A stretch of 60,745 nt of DNA, filler included, from Sphacelaria rigidula (Eukaryota): the NCBI GenBank assembly GCA_964200075.2. It is 6 parts of 6 records of this genome, joined end to end, with 100 filler letters (N's around TTAATTAATTAA, not from the genome) between each part and the next. Parts side by side here need not be neighbours in the genome. Positions count along the whole stretch, not along the records: positions 50,707 to 60,745 come from CAXNAA020007270.1; 5 more parts are not named here. The stretch is one strand, 5' to 3'. The notes below the pieces were generated by a model that saw nothing but the letters and a program-made list of their open reading frames with translations, searched no databases and was not told the DNA's origin. Positions 50,607-60,745 of the stretch are shown here, piece by piece. The position numbers and the translations under genes are program-made. Each line of letters starts with the position of its first letter. Positions within the stretch are counted from its first letter, which is position 1.

Positions 50607-50706
50607 NNNNNNNNNNNNNNNNNNNNNNNNNNNNNNNNNNNNNNNNNNNNTTAATTAATTAANNNNNNNNNNNNNNNNNNNNNNNNNNNNNNNNNNNNNN
50701 NNNNNN
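50607..50706. other. Artificial contig linker
   Basis: N44-TTAATTAATTAA-N44. Confidence 0.98.
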
Positions 50707-52542
50707 TGTTTTTTGGGGGCGCTGTGCTGCGCTATCCGCCAGGCGGGACCACCTTCAGACTTTTTTTCGCCCCCCCCCCCCCCCCCCCCCCTCCCCCTCC
50801 CTTTTTCAGGACGAGTCCGTTTTCGGAAGAGATTATCTCATTCATCCCATGTCACACCTGCCTGATATCTTCTGGTATACAGTAGTATCGCGGACCGGAT
50901 CAACACCCCCGCACCGCGTCGACATTTTTTTTATGCACTCTCCACCCCCTCACGTGTTTAACGATGGAAGTCAGATACATGTTGGAAAAAACGTCGATAT
51001 ACCGATCCAAAACGTGTCGATTGGGTCCACCGGTTCGACTGCCTTCTGTCTCCCTGTGTTGGCTTGTTGGGTAGCTTGGTCATGGCACCTTGATACGTAT
51101 GAGGACTGTTGTGGTGAACCACACCGGCGACAAGTCGTGGCCTTGCCCGTTGTACACCGGGTGATTGAATGACTGTACCCTCGAAACGCCCTCACTTGGC
51201 ACGTCGCCTCACATGGAGATGCCATTTCATCCCTGCAGTCGGTTACACGCCATGTGCTGCAGACTAGCCTCATGACTGGGGGTTCAAGTGCGCACACTCT
51301 GGCCGAAAAGGCTCGGATACTTGCATCATCGTGGAAAAGATACTGAGGCCTTCACATTTTGACCGCGGATCTGACTTGAGGAATTGATGTGATGAAAAAC
51401 TGTTGATGTAAAATGAAGCTCAGACACAGCTCTGGTAGTAAGTGCGATCATTATATATACGCTATGAGTGATTGCGTTTATACTGTTCTTAGTAGAACTC
51501 GCGTCATGGTCTACGTACATGCTTGATCGATCGTGCACCTACTGGTGTAGCAAGAACACATGTTTCAAGTTCTTATTATGGGCACAAGGGTTTGTGGTTC
51601 TAGTAAAGTGCCCCCTTCCACGAAACGGTTATTTCCGTCAGTTTTATTTTTATTTCCGCAGTTTCGTAAGTGTTCACTTTTCGACTGCGGGTGAGAGTGG
51701 CGGACGATCTGCAGTACTCATCACAAGGGTGACTTCACCAGAGAACAAAGACATCCAAACAGAGACGGAGGTGCCATAGCGAAATAATCAAACCGTTGTG
51801 ATGACGGCCAAAAAACTGACGTTGCTCCCCTTTACTCCATAGGATTCCTGTAACATGACGGGACGCGAAGTATGCGGATCAGACATGTGCCCTGGAACGT
51901 TACCGATGGGAAGATCATTTCGGAAGGGGCATCAGTCGTGTCGTGTCCCGAACAAAAATATATGGATATACCTTCATCTTCATCTATAGTTATACATTAT
52001 TTTCTCTCGAGACTTCAAAATTGTTTGGTTCGTGACTGACGTCGAAGTTGAAACGTCACCGAACATCCCCTGTCTGTGGTTGATGAAAGCATAATGAGGA
52101 GCGGTTACAGCTCCAGGAGTACATTCATCCCTAATCGTGAGTATGCTGCAGTGCCACGTCTCGCCTTACTTTTCATGCACCCTTCACCCCCCCCCCCTCC
52201 CCTCCCCTGCTCCGTCTCGAAAGGGATGCGTGGTCAATGGTCAAACGACTAAGGCAAGCAACAAATGAGTACGCCCCCCCCCCTCCCCTCCCCTGTCGTT
52301 TCCCGGGGACGAACACGCGTATTCAGGGGATGCATTGAGCCGTCTGCATGACGTTGACGACCAAGATTGTTGAAATCAGTGTCAGCAATTGGCAAACAAA
52401 GTAACTAACCGTATCATGGTCCCTCCTCCTCCCCTCCCCCGTTGCTTTGGTCATGCGCGTCCCGTTGATATCGTTCGTGTTCGCGCGCTGGTGATTCAAT
52501 GTTCAAATGTCGTGTATATATCATGTACACGTCTTTCTCCAG

Positions 52543-55500
52543 GCGTGGAAAGCTGTTTATTTTCGGAGAAACGTTGCTGAACAAGGGAACGGGACAGAAG
52601 GAGTGGGTGGAGCGGGGTATCGGAGAGATGAAATTCCTGCAGTGAGTGAACAAAAAATAGTGATGCTTGAATAGGTCTTATTTGCCGTGATCTTGACGCT
52701 TTTTTTGTTTTCGTTGAAAAGAACATGAGATGGCTCGTACGTACTTTCTGTATGCAGGTAGGTACACCCAGCTCGCATCCAAAATACTAGTTTTCCAATG
52801 ACGCTGTTTAGCCGGCGTACCTCCGTACTTGGAGGAAAGGATAATTCCGTGTTGCAGTTGAGTACACACTTTCAATTTCGAGTACGGTTGCTATCAACTT
52901 TGGGGTCGTCGGCTGAGATGAAGTAGGCAAAGACGTCGCTCCATGAGCTACATATGATACTTCTCACGTATGTTGAAACTGAAGTAGGAAATGTTGATGT
53001 CCGAGTACGGAGCTTCCGATTATGAACGTGCATTATGTGCTTGACTCACTCCACGCGAAATTTGATTTCGCATCAGCGGTTTAGCTTTACCCGGCCGAGG
53101 TTTAATACCGGCGAAGTAGAGGTACTATTTTTTCTTCTTTCTCTATACTTGCAACCCCCTGACTTCCGGCACCCGCCATGACCATTTTGGTATTCGAGGG
53201 TTGGATGAGAACATTTCGACTCCATCGAATTGCCGAAAAGTTATAGCTCTGCGTAATCGTCGAGACGTTGGCCACTCGTGTTACTGCAGCGATCTGTGTC
53301 CGATTGTCGGTGCAGCGATATGCGGGGGAAGACAGCGGGAATTCCACACTCGTTCTTTTGATGAATGTAAGGTGTTTCCGATTTTTTCCCCCTTCTTGGT
53401 AGCCAGTAAGCACACTACTTTGTTGTCTTGAAAAAAACAGAAAACACAACGAGAGTTGTGGCGGTGCAGTGAGCACTCTCATATCGTAGGTCTGTCTCGT
53501 TGCTGTGTCGGCGATGCAGATACTTCGATGATCGGGACTTGACTCGTCATTTGCTTCTCTGGATTCATTGCGTCATCCGACACAGTCTTGCTACCCCGCC
53601 GATTTCTCATCACCCTCAAAATGCCCATCCCTGCCTCTTCGCGTGTCCGTCTTTTCTACCTCGCTATATCTTGCTCCCGTGGTCCTTTCTTCTTTTCATG
53701 TATTGTCGCTCTCTAGACACAATGAGAACCGAATGATCCGAGTGCTTATGCGGCAGGAGAAGACCATGAAGGTCATCTGCAATCACGTCACCGACCCGCG
53801 CATCGTTCTGAAGCCAAACGCGGGTTCGGACAGGTCCTGGGTGTGGAACGCTTTCGATTTCGCTGAGGGACAGCTGGAGGAAACAACGTTCGCGCTACGC
53901 TTTGGAAACTCAGACAGCTCTAACGAGTTCAAGGAAGTGAGTCGGGCCTACCCGTGACGCTTTCCCCATGTTCATTTCGTGATTTCGGCGAGAATATGTG
54001 TGGGTGCCGTGATCGTGAGTTGAGTTTCACGGAGATTTTTTTTGTCGTCCCATGAGTTGCTTGGCGTCGCACGGCGGGAGCCTCATCGCTCTGAGCGCTC
54101 TTGCATTGCCTAGATAGTCGTATACGTTATTGCGAGTTAGGCTGGACGACTTATTCTGCCTCGCACTACGTGAAGGCGGCTGAAAACACCTCGAAAATGT
54201 GGATCTTCCTGAAATGGGGTGAACAAGAAAACGGAAAGTGATCCGTTCCAGAGGGTTGACCTGAGTTTTGTTGATCTGTTGTCAGCTTCTCACCCCGAGA
54301 ATATGAAGCCTGCGCCGCGCATGGCCAGTGGACCGTGTTGGCGGGATGTTGACTGGCTCAGCAGCAGCACCACAGACATGCAAGCCGCCACAGACATGGA
54401 ACACAGTTGGCACGTTGGCTCCTCGTGAAGGTCACATATTTGTAATTCCCGCCCTCTCCTACCCCCCCCCCTCGCGTAATTTCCGGAATGCTTCTTCCTC
54501 TTGTTCGCGCCTGGCTTTTATCTTGTCATGTGAATGTTTCCAAAACAGCAATTCTTTTCAGCCCAGAAAACGGTAGCAAGCGTTCTCGCGGGGGAGGCGC
54601 AGGAGCCGGCGACAACAGGAGGTGCGGCGATTTCTGTAGGATTTTTGTCGGGACATGTTTCACGACTTGGGTTGGTCAACAGCGTGTACGTTGCAAACTT
54701 TGCAAGGATCAGGCGAATAATGACTCATGTGAATATTAGTTGGTTTTAGTGTGATTGGTTCGTACCGTACGGATCAGTCCTTTCGCTTTGTTCTCAGCGT
54801 TGCGCCCCAGGTACGCGCACCCCAGGCACTGGGAAGAGCGCAATTTTGGCTACGGACTTTTTTGACGCGCGGTCAACATTGTTCTATTTTGAGCACTCGG
54901 GCCTCAAAAATAGCAAATTCGGTGATTCGAACCCGCCGTGAGTCGCCTGACCTTTGACATCCAGTATATTTCGGACGACTGGTGCAATATGTATTCGCAT
55001 CTCGCGGTAAATGATACTGCAAATCTCCGTTTTTCATTTAGATACTTGGCTGGAGATTGTGGTCGCTTGAGAAATGCGTATTCTACTAAAAAATATTTGT
55101 TGTGTCATTCTTCGGCTTTCACTTGTTGTGCGACCCATGTCACTTCTTCATGCTAGTTATCTCACCACAAAAGTTGCTCGTATGGTTGAAAAAAGCTCGA
55201 GATATGTTTGCATTCTGAAGAAAAATGCTCGACCTACGCTCGCCTCGTGGAAACCTTGTTTGTCTATGCTCCTTCAATCCAAAAACTATGCCGTTTTCGA
55301 CCGGACACATCGACACACCGTTGTTTTTGTAAATGAGTTTATTATCAGTGGAATCTACAACGTAATATATATATTTTCAGTTTTTCAGTAAAGATTATTG
55401 TGCCGGAATAGTATCTGCTATGGTACTACTGCTGTACCGCTGTGCTGGTGCCTATAATCTCAACAATGATCGCACACGATCGTACATACTGCCTTTGACC

Positions 55501-56910
55501 CGCAATTTGATTTTGGTTGATTGACTGTCGCACTTTGACCCCCCAGGGGTCCACCCGTGGTCTCATGATGAACGTACCCAAAAAAAACGAAGCTAAAACA
55601 CGCTCTGAGGAGAAGGTACAAAAAAAAAAGGGTCGAGCAGAACGACGACATAGCGGACTAAGTTGTCTCAAGGTGATGAAAACGTCAACACAAGCAAGTC
55701 ACAATGAGAAATGGCCGACCTAAAACAAGAATAGGGGAGGAGGAGGAAAGTACCAGCAAATAAAATGAAATACAAAAAAACAATGAATATAAGCGGGATT
55801 TGGACAACGAGCGGTCTATCTTGGGCCCATGTGGCTCTTTTTTTCCAACTTTTTCCCGCACCGGTTTTGCCGATTTTACGCTGTACAGCCAAAACTGATG
55901 CCTTTCCAATCGTCTATCGAAAAGTGTGTCGCACCCCTGCACAAGGCACTGAAAATCACCACCCCAACTTTGAACACCCGGTCAAAAGCCTTTCCGTCCT
56001 CTGGCGAGGCATGTCCGCTGCTGGAAGTGCCTCCAAGGTGGTGAAACGTAAGCATTTCATCGAGTTGGAAAAAGAGGAGGTGACTCGGTTCCTAACCCTT
56101 ACCCTAACCCTTACCCTAACCTTAACCCCTAACCCTAGCTCAACCAGGGGATGAAGAGCAAACCGTCCCCTCCCCCCCTCCAATTATTTTCTTGTCCAAT
56201 GCGATATCATATGGTATATCAAACTCGTTCGACGTCCGACAGAGGCTAAATGACCTACTTCGGGGCATACAGTAAACCCGGCTTATATCCGGAATTTCCA
56301 CATCCCGCTTACATTCCGGATCGGTGGGAGTGTTTATTTCGAAACCCGTGGTCAATCGCAGCTTCTGGGCCAAAATATGGGAGGAGGCTAGCGCACTTGG
56401 GATTGAAATAACGTAATGTGGATATTGTGCTATTTGTTCTCCTGGCCGAGATGCCGGTCGTCCCGGTTGCGCAGTTGGTAACCTCGAAACCCTCTGACGT
56501 TTGGATCGTGGGTTCAAATTCCGGAGCGGGTGGGGATTTTTTCTTACACCATGTCAAACAGTGGAGAGCAGAAACTTCGTGAGTACATAAAATTCGACTT
56601 GACTGTCGACGAGGGGAAGTGAGCACTGAACCCCTCTCGCTATGGAAAATAAAGGCAACCACCGCAAAAGAAAGGTGGGGTACTCGAACTAAAAAAATAT
56701 GTGAAAAACTTCTGTGTTGGCAGGTATTCCTCCTGTGTGACCCCGGCTGGTGCACCCACATATACCGAAAGGTGTAGACCGGCGTCGAAAATAGATGGGA
56801 CAACACATGACACCAAAATGCCATGCTCCTCATGCTACCAAGGCGGAATTACGCTCGTAATTATGCTAGCATAATCGGTCCACGCCTAGCTTCCATGTGT
56901 GGCTTGCTTG

Positions 56911-56942
<32 letters not shown>

Positions 56943-57958
56943 TCAATGTCACCTTGACACGCCACCAGCACTGTTGACAATGATCAAAAAGCATGAGTAT
57001 CTAAAACGCAGCACCTGGCTCACAGGAGTATGTAGCAATGAGGACCACGATATTCGTGCGTCCGTGGAACCTTGTCCACACACACGAACACGCACACACA
57101 CGCGCACGCACACACACACACGCACCCGCGCCCGCGTCTTCCAAGACTGGTCCCTGGTGGGAAAGGCTCCTGCACGAAAGGTCTTGATCGATTGACTGAT
57201 TGACTGTCGCACTTCGAATGTTCCCCCACGTGTCATGATCCAGCCGTGGTCATTATCTAGATAATGGACGTACCTGAGACACAAACAAAACCGAAACGCT
57301 CGCTGAAGAAAATTGAAAAAGAAACAAAAAATGCAGAACAGACAGTGAACAATAAAAATAAAGACGCGATAACTGTGGATAACGATAGGGGGATGTCAAA
57401 AGATCGCCTGATCGTTTTGATGAAGCACAAACTAATATACGTCGGAACTTGAGTCCGACACCACAATTGTGTGTGAGTTCCTTTTTGCTCATGTATTGAA
57501 TTGAAATGAGGAGATAACGCAGAAAGTTGACGCCTGGACCGTGCAGTATTCTATTGCAGGCGAGCTTTCAAATATGGTCTTTGCTGTCTCGTGCTAGACG
57601 TCTTTCGATTATTCGTGACTTTCGGGATTCAATATTCTGGATCGGAGACCACCACCCGGGTTCAAATATACTGAAGCATTGTACAGGCATTGGTATATGG
57701 TCACCATGGTATTAAAAGCTGCACGATATCTACAGATGTCTCTTGCGACAAGAAAGTACTGTCGTGAACTACTGAGAGTATGTGTGATGAGGCTAATCTG
57801 ACGTTACTGATGAAGTACCCCCCGCCCTTTCTATTCCCCGTGCAAAAACGAAAACCTTAGAAACGGAGGCGCCGGCGGCAGAGGCAGAATGTCCCGAGGC
57901 GGATACAGCAGCGGATGCTCTGGACAAGCTTAAAGTCACCGGAGAGGAGAACACGTGA
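52543..57958 (+). CDS. RANBP1: Ran-binding protein 1, last four exons (first exon not found in contig)
   Basis: Phase-consistent exons 52543-52641 (RGKLFIFGETLLNKGTGQKEWVERGIGEMKFL), 53717-53936 (HNENRMIRVLMRQEKTMKVICNH...PNAGSDRSWVW...FALRFGNSDSSNEFKE), 54549-54621 (QFFSAQKTVASVLAG...) and 57861-57958 (..EADTAADALDKLKVTGEENT*, NES-like tail). Confidence 0.92.
56091..56137. repeat. Interstitial telomere-like (CCCTAA)n repeat
   Basis: cctaacccttaccctaacccttaccctaaccttaacccctaacccta, about 8 degenerate units inside a RanBP1 intron. Confidence 0.8.
56460..56535 (+). mobile_element. tRNA-derived SINE head (Pol III A and B boxes)
   Basis: A box TTGCGCAGTTGG (56467-78) and B box GGTTCAAATTCC (56511-22) at tRNA spacing, but no good anticodon or acceptor stem. 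Confidence 0.55.
56913..56942. repeat. (CTG)n microsatellite
   Basis: About 10 CTG units; a CA-rich tract follows at about 57077-57130. Confidence 0.9.
57165..57315 (-). repeat. Dispersed repeat family with (TCAA)n tail
   Basis: Minus strand reads ttcagcgagcgtttc...ggtacgtccat...acggctggatc...aagtgcgacagtcaatcagtcaatc. Related copies lie at about 40975-41072 (+), 48700-48800 (+) and 55510-55610 (-). Confidence 0.7.
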
Positions 57959-60745
57959 GGACCCATTTAATTAGCAAGCAAGATGTATGGGTGAAATTCA
58001 GTGGGTGGCGGAGAGTGCTGATGATCATGCTCCAATTCGTGATGATGATGGAGTGTGAGACGGGTTACATGTACCATTTCTTGGGAATAAATAGGTTGAG
58101 ACTAGACTACAGACCTGTCTCGAGGAGCGTGGCGGGAAGAGGGGGCAGGGGCAGGCGGGGTGGCTTAAACATCAACAAACAATAAGTGGAGGTGTGGCGG
58201 GTATTGGATGTCGTATGCTGTGCGACACAAACAGGACTGCGCTTTGGGGGTCCAAATGTGCTGACCACTAAGGCCCGGTGCAAATCACATCTTCTCATTC
58301 CAATATCCACCGCGCGGTGGTTTGCCAGTCGATACCTACTGAGATGGTCAGGTTGGAATATTGGGGCTTCGAATGCTGGCAGGGGCGTTTTTATTTCTTA
58401 GATGCATCTCATTTCCGCCCGTTGAAAACTCGAGGACGTGAGAAGCACAAAAAAATTGACCACAAGCTGGTCCAGCCTAGACAGTCCAAGCTCTCAAAGT
58501 AATATTTTGTCGACACAAACAAGTTGGGCCGTGATCCGCATACATACACGTATGTATGTACAGGTATCATTTCACCTTTTTCACCACTTTTGCCGAGTTT
58601 TCTCTGGCGGCAAGGCATTTTGTTACGAGCTCTCTTGTGCAGCGCACTGAGAAGGCTCAGCGGTGCATTACCGTTCAGGTTTGGGTGTCACGTGATACCT
58701 GCGGCGCGTGTTCTGGCCACCGAAAGTCGCTCAAACTGGCCTTGTGTCGCGGGGTGTCGATTTCGAACCACACAATCCCTTTCAAGATGATGAAGAACTT
58801 GGAACAGGAACCAAAACCACAAAAGCCTGTTGAACATCACGGAGAATTTTAATCACGATTACTTTTGGCTGGATATTTTTTCTCCGTGTTACTCTTTGTC
58901 GCGTTCTCGTTTATTTCGGAGCACTGTACAGGCCTCCCGGGGTTGACGCTTCCCTTCTTTGATTGAACGCCATGTTTGGTAATTCCCATATGGGAGTTGG
59001 CGGTTGAAGTAGGAGATTTTTATAACTTCTCGTGGTCGGCAATTTTCGCGTGCCACCTCTTATCCAAGAGAACATATTTTCCTTGAGTTTGAGGATCGGA
59101 AGATACCAACACGGTGGCGTGTAGGTAAATAAGGTCGACACCTTTTCTCTCTTATTGGGCGTCGGGAACGTTATACAGCTTGAAAGAACCGCAGAATCTT
59201 GATATCAAGTGGGAGAAGAAACGGGGAAAATATTTTCGTACAGAGCTATGCCTTGATGTCCGTGTCACCCTTGGGCCGGATCAGGTGCTCGTTCTCCTGA
59301 GGTTCCCCTATTCAAATGTTCAAATCTCGAAATGGCAGGCGCTGATTCCAAATCTGAAATGATCATTCAAACCGTGTGGTTCAGTGCCGTCGATTGAAAC
59401 TGGTTCTACGCTTTGATACTCGAAAATGGGTTCGGAAAAAATACCCCTCTTGTTCTAATATGCTTGTTTTTGGACGTGCGCTACCGCAACTTTTGTTTGC
59501 TTTCTCTGTATGCGACCGGCACCTGGCGAAAGCTACACTATTTCATTTGCTCTGTCCAAGTTACCTGTGTTGTGGTGATTACACCTGCAGCTGGCTTGAA
59601 GTTTTTAGTAGCGCCAAGAAACAGGTGATTTTTGGGGGTGTCATACTCGTGTGTAGTGTTTTTCTCGTACGCATTCACTTCTAATAACTATACGCCGCCG
59701 TAATAGGCATCCGCTTCACATTCTGAGACAGGAATCTTCTCTGCGCACTACATCAAACGACTTGTGGCATGAGTTGACAAGGGGTGTTGTTGACTGTTTT
59801 TGGCCCAAATCACTTTTTTTTCGGCCCTAGTGTGAAAACGCGTGACACTGACATATGAGAAATTGTAAAAGTCGATCGGAAATAGTTTAGCCCCCCCTCT
59901 CCCCCCTATGCCATGCTCGTTTGGGTAATTTTCGTAGGATGGTACCATTATTGAATTGTCTTGTATATTTATTCCTGGCACTCGGGAGCCCTGGATTGTC
60001 AGCATATCTGGGAAAGAAGCAGGTCGCGGCCACGGCACAGTTGTGTTGTCGGGGTGATACGGAGTGAGTAAGTTACGGGGTACTGTCGACCGTCACTGTG
60101 CCAAAGAAACACGGTTCCTCAACCCCACCGCAATGGATGGTCGAAAAAAAATCACCTTGACATCTAGTGACACAATCGGACAGGATTGCTTTAATCAACC
60201 AAATATACACCGGGGGTTGTGTAGCCGCACGACCCCCCGGAAACCGGTCAGCCGGTGAGCTGTTCAAGATTGAGTGCACAGATAATCCCCTCTCGGAAAG
60301 TGGAGCGGATAACTAGTATATATTGATCCCCAAACGTGGGATCACACGCGACTGGGATGAGCGATGACACAAAACACAGTTGAAAATCACTGACTACGGA
60401 AAATAACAAAAATCCCCCACCCCCGCTGCAAAAGGCTGTAGTATGCCCTGAACGAGATCCACTCCGAATGATGACGATTTTTGATGTGAACGTTCCCTGG
60501 AGCACGGGGAAATAATCGACACCCTCACCTTCACCTAAACCGCCATCAATCTTATCTATTTCGGAGATATGGTGCAAATAAGGATCTGTGTCAGCATGAA
60601 CATATTTTAAGCATAAGAACAAAGTATTGTTTTTGGCTCTTATTTACATCATTTCGTCAGTTCGATTATTCCACGGTTAGGACAAATCATCACGACTCAA
60701 AATCACCAAATTCACGATTTCTTCGGCCTGATTCCCCGAGAGAGA

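Noticed and set aside
56460..56535. Functional tRNA gene
   Set aside because: Acceptor and anticodon stems do not pair; treated as a SINE head instead.
11669..57958. Functional clustering of TH2, PEX7 and RanBP1
   Set aside because: They lie on separate contigs joined artificially.

Overview
This is not one locus. Six unrelated contigs of about 10 kb (10043, 10042, 10041, 10040, 10040 and 10039 bp, i.e. sorted by size) are joined by artificial 100-nt N-TTAATTAATTAA-N linkers. The DNA is eukaryotic, intron-rich and repeat-rich, with GT-AG introns of about 0.1-3 kb. Gene structure and interstitial TTAGGG-type repeats suggest a stramenopile, probably a brown alga (inference). Nearly all ORF-track entries are spurious. 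Spliced genes reconstructed by hand with phase-consistent junctions: (1) the 3' part of a large DUF3638/DUF3645-family protein with SecA/SF2-like ATPase motifs; (2) a complete 12-exon TenA-HAD fusion (TH2-like thiamine monophosphate phosphatase) with an N-terminal targeting-like extension and an internal Met; (3) two 3' exons of an unknown convergent gene; (4) a possible two-exon membrane protein; (5) four internal exons of PEX7; (6) the last four exons of RanBP1. The rest is largely mobile DNA: Tc1/mariner-, hAT- and PIF/Harbinger-type MITEs (three with empty-site copies inside the window), a decayed MULE transposase, foldback structures, tRNA-like SINE heads and a head-to-tail repeat of about 1 kb carrying nested insertions. 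No prokaryotic system, CRISPR array or rRNA was found.
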